Program-made: the position numbers and the translations under genes | Assembly (NCBI GenBank): GCA_035304465.1 | Contig: DATGPY010000211.1 | Location: 1 to 38,980, forward strand | Reading direction: 5' to 3' | Length of the DNA stretch: 38,980 nucleotides | Source: Acidimicrobiales bacterium | Lineage (GTDB): Bacteria; Actinomycetota; Acidimicrobiia; Acidimicrobiales; VFJN01 | The notes under the pieces: model-generated | Told to the model about the DNA's origin: nothing | Databases searched by the model: none | The model's input: only the letters and a program-made list of their open reading frames with translations | Shown here: positions 26,441 through 34,123 of the stretch, one piece after another | Numbering within the stretch: the first letter of the stretch is position 1 | How the letters are laid out: every line of letters begins with the position of its first letter

Positions 26441-27256
26441 ATGGCCATCCCGGCCCCGGCCGCCGACCGCACCGCCGTCGTCACCGGCGCCAGCTCCGGC
26501 ATCGGGCGGGAGATCGCCCGAGGGCTCGCCGGGCGCGGCCACGGCCTGACCCTCGTGGCCCGACGGGAGGAGCGCCTGCACGAGCTGGCCCGCGAGCTGA
26601 CCGGCGCCCACGGGGTGCAGGTCGAGGTCGTCCCCGCCGACCTCACCGACGCCGGCGCCCGCACGGAGGTCGTCGACGCGGTGCGCGCCGCCGGCCTCGT
26701 GCCCCACGTGCTGGTCAACGCCGCCGGTCTGAGCACGGTCGGCCCGGTGCACGCGTCGGACCCCGACGCCGAGGTGGCCATGCTGCGCACCGACGTCGAG
26801 GCGGTCGCCCACCTCTGCAGCCTCGTGCTGCCGACCATGGTCGAGCGCCGGGCCGGTGCCGTGCTCAACGTGGCCTCGACCGCGGCCTTCCAGCCCCTGC
26901 CCGGGCAGGCGGGCTACGCCGCGGCCAAGGCGTTCGTCCTCTCCTACAGCCACGCGCTGCGGGGCGAGCTGCGGGGCACGGGCGTGACGGTCACCGCCCT
27001 GTGCCCCGGCCCGGTCCACACCGAGTTCGCGGCGCGAGCCGGCTTCGACCCCGCCGAGGCCCAGGCCGTGCTCCCCCGCCCGCTGTGGCTGCCGGTCGAG
27101 CAGGTGGCCGAGGCGGGCATCGAGGGCCTCGAGCGCGGCCGGGCGACGGTGGTCCCCGGGATGGCCAACCGGCTCGGCGCCGTCGGCGGCCGGCTGGCGC
27201 CCCGCTCGGTGCTCGTGCCGGTCGCCGCCCGCCTCCACCCCGGCCTGCGCCGCTGA
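26441..27256 (+). CDS. SDR-family oxidoreductase
   Basis: AVVTGASSGIGREIARGL is the TGxxxGxG motif, NAAG is present, and YAAAKAFVLSYS supplies the catalytic Y-x3-K. Confidence 0.9.
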   Translation: MAIPAPAADRTAVVTGASSGIGREIARGLAGRGHGLTLVARREERLHELARELTGAHGVQVEVVPADLTDAGARTEVVDAVRAAGLVPHVLVNAAGLSTVGPVHASDPDAEVAMLRTDVEAVAHLCSLVLPTMVERRAGAVLNVASTAAFQPLPGQAGYAAAKAFVLSYSHALRGELRGTGVTVTALCPGPVHTEFAARAGFDPAEAQAVLPRPLWLPVEQVAEAGIEGLERGRATVVPGMANRLGAVGGRLAPRSVLVPVAARLHPGLRR

Positions 27257-27272
27257 GCGGCCGGTCGCGACG

Positions 27273-28052
27273 TCAGGCCGCGGCGCCGGATGCCAGTGCC
27301 AGGCCCCGGCGCAGGAAGCCGAGCGCGCGGGCGCGCCGCTCCCCCGTCGGGGCGGCGAGGACGTCGGACCGGCGCAGGACGGCGCCGAACGGGGCGTTCC
27401 AGTAGCCGGGGTCGCCCGGGCGGTCGGGACCGTGCGGGCCGACGTAGAGGTAGGGCCCGGCCTCGTGGACGTCGCCCGGCGAGGCCCCGACCTCCACGGC
27501 CACCGGCTCTCCGTCGGCGGCCACGGTCAGCGTGGCGGCGTGGTCGAAGTGCTCGGGCCACAGCTGCGGCACCGTGGCACCCAGGACCCGCCCGACCGGC
27601 CGCGCCTCGGCGGCCGCCGCCGGGTCACCGGGCGGCGCCGCGACGAGCTCTGCCAGCAGCGTGTCACCGAAGGCCCACCACGCCGCCAGGGCCTCGACGG
27701 TGCCGGGCCGGAGCGCCAGCGGCTCGTCCGGGTCGCCGACCGGCGGGGTGTCCCCGCCCACGCTGAACGGGACCGCCAGGTCGACCCCCACCACCTCTGC
27801 GGCCCGGGCCAGCGTGGTCACCGGCTCGGCACGCGTGCGGCCGCCGCGCTCGACGACGAGCACGGCGCCGCACACCCGCACCACCTCGCCGGCATCGCCG
27901 AAGGCGGGCGTGGCGAGCCCTCCCGGTGCGGGCCGCAGCCCGAACCGGCCGGTCACGTCCGACCGGCGCCGCCCCAGCACGTGGGCCGCCAGCCGGTGCA
28001 GCGCCGCCCGGGTGGCGGGCAGCAGCTCGGTCTCGGCGTCCGGCGGCTCCAC
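27273..28052 (-). CDS. hypothetical protein
   Basis: GTG at 28052 follows GAGGA and gives VEPPDAETELLPATRAALHRLAAHVLG.. The amino-acid composition is balanced (W, F, Y, E, D present), unlike the Arg/Gly-rich ORFs on the opposite strand. I recognise no family. Confidence 0.6.
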   Translation of the reverse strand: MEPPDAETELLPATRAALHRLAAHVLGRRRSDVTGRFGLRPAPGGLATPAFGDAGEVVRVCGAVLVVERGGRTRAEPVTTLARAAEVVGVDLAVPFSVGGDTPPVGDPDEPLALRPGTVEALAAWWAFGDTLLAELVAAPPGDPAAAAEARPVGRVLGATVPQLWPEHFDHAATLTVAADGEPVAVEVGASPGDVHEAGPYLYVGPHGPDRPGDPGYWNAPFGAVLRRSDVLAAPTGERRARALGFLRRGLALASGAAA

Positions 28053-28129
28053 GGGTCCATCCTCGCGGACGACCCCGGCCGCCGTCCCCCTGGACCAGCG
28101 ACCGGGGATCGCCCGCGGCGGCCTCGGCG

Positions 28130-28834
28130 TCAGTCGTCGACGTCCACGTCGAGCACGTTGCCGGCGGCGTCGAGCAGCACCTCGCGCGTCGTGCCGTCCG
28201 CCGCCCGCACCTTCGCCTCCCAGGCGACGTCGCCGTCGTCCTCCGGGTCGAGCTCGAGCACCTCGGCCCCCTCGCCGACGGCCGCGGCCGCGGCCGCCCG
28301 CAGCTCCTCGTCGCCCGCGGCGCCGGCGGGCAGCCACGGTGCCGGCGCCGACACGTCGCGGTAGGTGCGGCCGTCGATGACGTAGACGTCGGCGTCGTCG
28401 CCGTCGTCGTCGAAGCGCACGAGCAGCGTCACCTCGCGGCCGACGAGGCCGGCGAGCTCGTCGCGCAGCGACTCGGTCGTCCCGTCGCCGTCGAAGTCGT
28501 CGGCCGCCTCGGCGGCGGCCACCCAGTCGTCGGGGCCGAAGTCGAGGTCGACGCCGTCGATCTCGAGGTCGTCGGCGACGTCGTCCCGATCGTCGCCGTC
28601 GTCATCGTCGTCATCGTCGCCGGTCACCGTCCCCGACAGCTCCTCGAGCCCCGGGACCTGGCGGTCGGCGCCCTGGCGGGCCGGCTCGGCGACGTCCGCC
28701 GCCGGCCGGTCGCTGATGTCGACCGGCGCGGCCGACCCGTCCGGGTCGTCGAGCGCCGTGACGGCCGCGGCGCCGCCGGCGACGACCACGGCCGCGGCGA
28801 GGGCGCCGATGGCGATGGTGCGGGGTGCGGGCAT
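28130..28834 (-). CDS. secreted or anchored, highly acidic PepSY-like protein
   Basis: The N-terminal signal/anchor is MPAPRTIAIGALAAAVVVAGGAAAV. An Asp run GDDDDDDDGDDRDD follows, and the C-terminal VAWEAKVRAADGTTREVLLDAAGNVLDVDVDD fits a PepSY fold pattern. It is divergent from the two-component system. Confidence 0.7.
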   Translation of the reverse strand: MPAPRTIAIGALAAAVVVAGGAAAVTALDDPDGSAAPVDISDRPAADVAEPARQGADRQVPGLEELSGTVTGDDDDDDDGDDRDDVADDLEIDGVDLDFGPDDWVAAAEAADDFDGDGTTESLRDELAGLVGREVTLLVRFDDDGDDADVYVIDGRTYRDVSAPAPWLPAGAAGDEELRAAAAAAVGEGAEVLELDPEDDGDVAWEAKVRAADGTTREVLLDAAGNVLDVDVDD

Positions 28835-29011
28835 GGGATCCTCCGTTCGGGGGGGTTCGTGCCCCGATGGTGCGCCCCGAGGATGAGGACGGCCTGACGG
28901 GGGGATGATCCCTTCGCCAGGGACCTGAACGGATCTTCAGCCCCACGTCAGGAACCGGCCCGCGGTGGGTGGCACACTCTGCCGCCGCCGGCCGGGCGGA
29001 GGAGGTCGCAC

Positions 29012-29668
29012 GTGACCATCCTGGTTGTCGAGGACGAGCCCGGCATCGCCGCGTTCCTGCGCCGCGGCTTCGAGGCCGCCGGCTACACGGTCCTCGACAC
29101 CCCCGACGGGCCGACCGGCCTGGCGCTCGCCCAGCGCGACGACGTGCGGCTCGTCGTGCTCGACCTCGGGCTGCCCGGGCTCCCCGGCGAGGAGGTGCTG
29201 ACCCGGCTGCGGGCCCTGCGGCCGTCGCTGCCGGTCATCGTCCTCACCGCGAAGGACTCCGTCGCCGACAAAGTCGCCAACCTCGACGCCGGCGCCGACG
29301 ACTACGTCGTCAAGCCGTTCAGCTTCAGCGAGCTGCTCGCCCGGGTGCGCGCCCGGCTGCGGGCCGGCGACCAGCCCACCTCGACCCGCCTGCAGGCGGG
29401 CGGCGTCACCCTCGACCTCCTCGCCCGCCGGGCCACGGTGGACGGGCGCAGCGTCGACCTGTCCAGCCGCGAGTTCGCCCTCGCCGAGGTCCTCGTGCGC
29501 CACGCGGGGCAGGTCCTCTCCAAGGCGCAGCTGCTCGACCAGGTGTGGGGCTACGACTTCGACGGCGGCAGCAACGTCGTCGAGGTCTACGTCCGCCACC
29601 TCCGCCGCAAGCTCGGTGCCGACCGCATCGAGACCGTCCGCGGCGCCGGCTACAGGTTCGTGCCCTGA
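29012..29668 (+). CDS. OmpR/PhoB-family response regulator
   Basis: GTG at 29012 follows GGAGGAGG. ILVVEDEPGIA..LVVLDLGLPG..VIVLTAKD..GADDYVVKPFSF is the REC domain. LSSREFALAEVL..VVEVYVRHLRRKLG..IETVRGAGYRF is the winged helix. Confidence 0.95.
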   Translation: MTILVVEDEPGIAAFLRRGFEAAGYTVLDTPDGPTGLALAQRDDVRLVVLDLGLPGLPGEEVLTRLRALRPSLPVIVLTAKDSVADKVANLDAGADDYVVKPFSFSELLARVRARLRAGDQPTSTRLQAGGVTLDLLARRATVDGRSVDLSSREFALAEVLVRHAGQVLSKAQLLDQVWGYDFDGGSNVVEVYVRHLRRKLGADRIETVRGAGYRFVP

Positions 29669-31077
29669 TGCGCCTCCCCACCCGCATCGCCGCCGTCGGC
29701 GTCGCGGCGCTGGCGCTGACCGTGGCGGTCATGGCACTGCTCACCCACCAGATCGTCCGGGTGTCCGGACTGCGGGACGTCGACCGGCTGCTGCGCCAGG
29801 AGCGCGAGGAGCTGGAGGCGTCCTTCCCCCCGCTGCTCGGCCCCGCCACGTCCGAGGAGCTGACCGACGACGACCTGCGCCGCGCCGCTCAGCAGTACCT
29901 CGCCGTCCACCCCGGCAGCGACCGCCACATGACCGCCATCACGGTGGCGGGGGACACGTTCACGACCCGGGACGGACCCGCGGCGCTCGTCGCCCTGCGC
30001 GATCGGGACGCACTGCCCACCGGCGAGCCCGGGCGACTCCGCACCGTCGACACCGACGAGGGCCCGGTGCGGGCGCTGACCGTGGCGCTGCGGGCCGGCG
30101 GCCGCGAGGTCGGCGTCGCGACGGTCGCCTCGCCGCTCGACGAGGTGCGCGACGACGCCCTCACCTCGCTGGGGCGGGTGGCGGCGACCGGCGCCGTCGG
30201 CCTGGTGCTCGGCGGGGTGGCGCTGACCCTCGGCACCCGCCGGGCGCTGCGGCCCGTCGCCACCCTGGCCGACACGGCCCGCCGCACGAGCGCCGGCGAC
30301 CGCCGGGCCCGGGCCCCGGAGGCCGGCCGCGACGACGAGCTCAGCGCGCTCGCCCGGGAGCTCAACCGCATGCTCGACCGCATCGACGCCGACGACGAGG
30401 AGCGCCGGCGCCTCGTGGCCGCGGTGTCGCACGAGCTGCGGACCCCGCTGGCGGTGGCCCGGGGCCACCTCGAGCTGTTCGAGGCGACGGCCGCCGAGGA
30501 CCCGGCCGCGGCCGCGGAGGTGGCGGCCACCACCCGGACCGAGCTCGACCGCATCGCCCGCATCGTCGACGACCTCGGTGCCATCGCCCGCGGCGCCCAC
30601 GGCGCCGGCGTCGTGGTCGGCCCGGTGTTCGCCCCCGACGTCCTCGACGAGCTGCGCCGGCGGGTCGCCGGCCTCGGCCTCCACGACGTCGAGATCGCCG
30701 ACGCGCCGCCCCTCGTCGTACGGGCCGACCAGGGCCGCCTCGCCCAGTCGCTGCTCAACCTGGTGGTGAACGCCCGGACCCACACGCCGCCCGGCACCCG
30801 GGTGCGGGTCACGGCCGCGGTCGAGGACGGCGGCGTCGAGCCCCCGGACGGCGGCTGGCTGGTGCTCGCCGTCGAGGACGACGGCCCGGGCATCGACCCG
30901 GCGGTGCGCGAGCGTGCCTTCGAACCGTTCGTCACGACCCGGACCTCCGGACACCGTGGCACCGGCCTCGGCCTGCCGGTGGTGAAGACCCTCACCGAGG
31001 CCCAGGGCGGCACCGTCGAGCTGGACAGCGGGCCGTCGGGCACGACCGTGCGCATCCGCGTGCGCCTCGACGCCTGA
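29668..31077 (+). CDS. sensor histidine kinase (HAMP, HisKA, HATPase_c)
   Basis: A TGATG junction links it to the regulator gene. Two TMs flank a periplasmic domain of about 150 aa. The H-box is LVAAVSHELRTPLAV, the N-box LLNLVVNARTHTP, and the G-boxes are EDDGPGID and GTGLGLPVV. Confidence 0.9.
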   Translation: MRLPTRIAAVGVAALALTVAVMALLTHQIVRVSGLRDVDRLLRQEREELEASFPPLLGPATSEELTDDDLRRAAQQYLAVHPGSDRHMTAITVAGDTFTTRDGPAALVALRDRDALPTGEPGRLRTVDTDEGPVRALTVALRAGGREVGVATVASPLDEVRDDALTSLGRVAATGAVGLVLGGVALTLGTRRALRPVATLADTARRTSAGDRRARAPEAGRDDELSALARELNRMLDRIDADDEERRRLVAAVSHELRTPLAVARGHLELFEATAAEDPAAAAEVAATTRTELDRIARIVDDLGAIARGAHGAGVVVGPVFAPDVLDELRRRVAGLGLHDVEIADAPPLVVRADQGRLAQSLLNLVVNARTHTPPGTRVRVTAAVEDGGVEPPDGGWLVLAVEDDGPGIDPAVRERAFEPFVTTRTSGHRGTGLGLPVVKTLTEAQGGTVELDSGPSGTTVRIRVRLDA

Positions 31078-31162
31078 CTGCCGCACCGTCCGCGCGATCC
31101 TCTAGGGTCACAGCGGGACCGGACACCCGCGCCCGCAGGGCGCCCGAGCCGGGGACGAGCGA

Positions 31163-32506
31163 ATGGGCGGCTCCGAACAGATCGACGCGCGCATCCAGGC
31201 CACGGCGACCGCGGCCGTCGGCCACACCCCGCCGCCGGGGCCGGCCGAGCGGCCGCTGCGCGTCGAGGTCGTCACCGACCTCACCGACCTCGAGTCGCTG
31301 GTCGAGCCCTGGACGGCGCTGCTGCACCGCTCCCCCCTCGCGACCGCCTACGCCGCCCCCGCCTTCGTCCTCACCTGGTACCGGCACTTCGAGCGCCCGG
31401 GCGGCGTCCACGTCGTGACCGTGTGGGCCGGCGACGAGCTGGTCGGGCTCGCGCCGTTCGCCCGCACCCGGCTGGGCACCGGGCCGCTGTCGGCCACGCT
31501 GCTGGTGTCGGCCGGCACCGAGCACGGCGACTACGGCGAACCGCTGCTGGGCCCCGAGCCGGCGCGCACCGCCCGCGCGATCGCCGATCACCTCGCGACC
31601 CTCGTCCGGCGACGGACGGTGGTCAACGTGCGGCGCCTCCGGGAGGACGGCGCCATGCTGGCCGCCCTGGAGGCGACCGAGGAGCTCGCCCGCTCGCCGA
31701 TGGGCCGGCGGGCGACGGCGGCGGTCGTCCGCTTCGACCGCTGGGACGACCCCGAGGCGGCGCTCCGCAAGCTGGGTCGCAAGCACGGCGTGCCCCGGCG
31801 GATGCGGCGCCTGGCCGAGGCCCACGGCGAGGTGGTCTACGTGCCCGACGACGCCGACCTCGACGCCGCGCTCGACACGATGCGCGACATGCTGGGCCGC
31901 CGCTGGGGCCCCGACGACGGCCCCCCGCTGTTCCGGGGCGCCGGGCGGGAGGCCTTCACCCGTGAGTCGCTGCGAGCCCTGGCCGCCGACGGGATGGCGC
32001 GCGTCGCCACCCTGCGGGCCGGCGACCGCCCGGTGGCGGTGTCGACGATGCTCGAGCTCGCCGACCGCCAGGTCAGCGACAACGCCGCCTTCGACCCCGA
32101 CCTGGCGGCGTTCGGGCCGGGGCAGGCCGAGATGCACCACATGCTCGTCCACTCGCACCGGAGCGGTGCGACGGAGGTCGACCTGCGCGCCGGCGACTTC
32201 CCCTACAAGCGGCGCTGGGCCAACGCCGAGCACCACACGCGCTCGGTCGCCCTCTCGGCCCCGGGCCGGCGGGGCGGGCTCGACCGGCGGGTGCGGCGGG
32301 CGCTGATGAGCCTCCGGGCCCGGCGCCTCGCCGCGCTGACCGCCACGCCCCAGGGGCCCTTCGGCACCGAGCGCCGGCGGTGGCTCCTCACCATCGCCGC
32401 CCTCCTCGGCATCGCGTCGGGCGCGGCCGAGCCCGTGATCGCCGAGACCGTCGCCGGGGCGGTCGCCGCGGGCGACCCGGCGCTCGGCGACGCCCTCGCC
32501 GCCTGA
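31163..32506 (+). CDS. GNAT-fold CelD/BioF2-like acyltransferase-domain protein
   Basis: The pattern LESLVEPWTALL..SPLATAYAAPAFVLTWYRHF..VGLAPF..GDYGEPLL .. FDPDLAAFGPGQAEMHHMLVH..G..EVDLRAGDFPYKRRWAN is characteristic of Acetyltransf_6 / CelD-like proteins. A hydrophobic C-terminal tail is present. Confidence 0.7.
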   Translation: MGGSEQIDARIQATATAAVGHTPPPGPAERPLRVEVVTDLTDLESLVEPWTALLHRSPLATAYAAPAFVLTWYRHFERPGGVHVVTVWAGDELVGLAPFARTRLGTGPLSATLLVSAGTEHGDYGEPLLGPEPARTARAIADHLATLVRRRTVVNVRRLREDGAMLAALEATEELARSPMGRRATAAVVRFDRWDDPEAALRKLGRKHGVPRRMRRLAEAHGEVVYVPDDADLDAALDTMRDMLGRRWGPDDGPPLFRGAGREAFTRESLRALAADGMARVATLRAGDRPVAVSTMLELADRQVSDNAAFDPDLAAFGPGQAEMHHMLVHSHRSGATEVDLRAGDFPYKRRWANAEHHTRSVALSAPGRRGGLDRRVRRALMSLRARRLAALTATPQGPFGTERRRWLLTIAALLGIASGAAEPVIAETVAGAVAAGDPALGDALAA

Positions 32507-32532
32507 GCCCCGCACGGCGGCGGTCCCGCAGA

Positions 32533-33240
32533 TCAGCTCGCCGCCAGCGCGGTGGCGAGCGCCGACTCGGCCCGCTGGCGACGGGCCCACAGCGTGCGGG
32601 GTCGCAGCCCGCGGCGGGCCGCGATGTCGGCCACCCGCTGGCCGCCGATCCGCGACCGGGCGATCAGCTCGGCGTCCTCGCGGCCGACCACGCCGGCGGC
32701 CACCGCCTCGCGCAGCAGCTCGGTGAGCTCCAGCGCCGGGTGGTCGGGCCGGTCGTCGGGGCGGGCCGCCACCGGCCGCAGGTGGGCCGCGGGGTCGGCC
32801 GACGGCAGGGCGACGACCTTGGGGACGGCCCGCCGCAGCTCGGTGGCGGCGTCGAGCAGGACGTTGGCCGCCACCCGCCCCGGGCGCCGCGCCAGCGGGT
32901 AGCGGCGGATGCGGTGGTAGACCGCGGCGACCGCGGCGGCGGCCCGCTCGTCGGCGTCGCCCAGCGCCCACCACCGGCGGGCGAGGGCGCGGGTGCCGGG
33001 CAGGAGGAGCTGCAGCAGCACCCGGGCGGCGAGGTCGTCCCCCGCCACGGCCCGGCGGACGAGGGCCAGGAGCACGCGGTCGGCGTCCTCGGGGCCGGCG
33101 GTCCGGACGTAGCGCTCGACGCCGGCGAGCGAGCGGGCGCCGCCCGCGGCGGCGCACACGTCGCGCAGGCGCCGGCTCGCGGCGCGGTCCTCGCGCAGCC
33201 GCGCCCACTCGTGCTCCAGCATGTCGAACACGTCTGCCAT
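32533..33240 (-). CDS. divergent ECF-like sigma factor / sigma-70 region-4 HTH protein (hypothetical)
   Basis: MADVFDMLEHEWARL.. The C-terminal LIARSRIGGQRVADIAARRGLRPRTLWARRQRAESAL resembles sigma-70 region 4. The central AAVYHRIRRYPLARRPGRVAANVLLDAATELRR is region-2-like but degenerate. The functional call is tentative. Confidence 0.55.
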   Translation of the reverse strand: MADVFDMLEHEWARLREDRAASRRLRDVCAAAGGARSLAGVERYVRTAGPEDADRVLLALVRRAVAGDDLAARVLLQLLLPGTRALARRWWALGDADERAAAAVAAVYHRIRRYPLARRPGRVAANVLLDAATELRRAVPKVVALPSADPAAHLRPVAARPDDRPDHPALELTELLREAVAAGVVGREDAELIARSRIGGQRVADIAARRGLRPRTLWARRQRAESALATALAAS

Positions 33241-33455
33241 CTCGCACCTCCCGGTCGGGCCGTTCGTCGGGCGCGACCGTGCGGGTGCGATGTCCCCGGG
33301 GATGTCCCCGCCCCTGGTCAGGAGGCGTGGCGTGCGCCGTTGCGGGGCATCGCGGGGAGGCGGGGGCCGACCCCGGCGCCACCGGTGCGATCCCTACGAT
33401 GGCCCCGCACCGCCCGCCCGGGGCGGTCCCCCAGCCGTCCCGAGGTCGCCTGCGC

Positions 33456-34079
33456 ATGTCCCCGTTCGCCGTCGCGCTCTTCGCCACCGGCGCCGCCGTG
33501 GTGGCGGCCGCGGGTGTGCGGGCCGCCGCGACGTCCCCGGACACCCGACGGGTGGCGCCCGGCGCGGCGGTGGCCGCCGGTGCCGCGACGGTCGCGCTGG
33601 CCGCCGCCGGCGCGCCGGTGCCCGCAGGCACCGCCCTGGTGGCGGCGGGCATGGCCGCGGCCGCCGCCGTCGACGCGGTCGAGCGCCGTGTGCCGACCGG
33701 GGTGGCGCGGCTGACCGGCGCCGCGGCGACCGGGACGCTCGTCGCCCGGGCGGCCGGCGGCGACCCGGGTGGCGCGGCGACCGCGGCGCTCCTCACGCTC
33801 GCGCTCGTCGCCGGGTTCGCGGCGCTGTGGCTGGCGCGGGCGCTGGGGTTCGGTGACGTGCGGCTGGCCGCCGGGACGGCACCGGCGATGCTCGGGGGCG
33901 TGCCCGCGCTGGTGCTGCTGGCCTGGGGGGCGCTCCTCGGCGGCGGGCTCGTGGCGCTGGCCCGCCGCGCCCGGGCGCGCCGGCGGGGCGGGGACGGGAC
34001 GGCCGGCGCCGTGGGGTCGGTCCCCTTCGCCCCGCCGCTCGCGGTGGCCTGGCTGGTGACGATGCTGGCCGTGGCCTGA
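33456..34079 (+). CDS. A24-family prepilin peptidase (CpaA/TadV-like, no methyltransferase domain)
   Basis: The protein is polytopic. The two catalytic Asp contexts are AAAVDAVERRVP and LGFGDVRLAAG (a GxGDxK/R-L motif). An alternative in-frame ATG lies at 33399. Confidence 0.75.
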   Translation: MSPFAVALFATGAAVVAAAGVRAAATSPDTRRVAPGAAVAAGAATVALAAAGAPVPAGTALVAAGMAAAAAVDAVERRVPTGVARLTGAAATGTLVARAAGGDPGGAATAALLTLALVAGFAALWLARALGFGDVRLAAGTAPAMLGGVPALVLLAWGALLGGGLVALARRARARRRGGDGTAGAVGSVPFAPPLAVAWLVTMLAVA

Positions 34080-34123
34080 CCCGGTCGCCCTCGCCGCTGT
34101 CCGGCCCCGCCCGCGGGCGCCGC

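Noticed and set aside
28560-28625. Run of GTCGTC/ATCGTC triplets
   Set aside because: It is the antisense view of the poly-Asp tract (GDDDDDDDGDDRDD) in the acidic PepSY-like protein. This is coding low complexity rather than a structural DNA repeat.
33241-33455. Small Flp/type IV prepilin ORF next to the A24 peptidase
   Set aside because: All frames in the spacer translate to Arg/Gly/Pro-rich strings. None has a hydrophobic pilin helix or a G/XXXXEY-type leader.
30992-33796. 934-aa ORF on the minus strand spanning the CelD-like, sigma-like and peptidase genes
   Set aside because: It crosses three independently supported genes on both strands. The translation is Arg/Pro/Gly/Ala noise.
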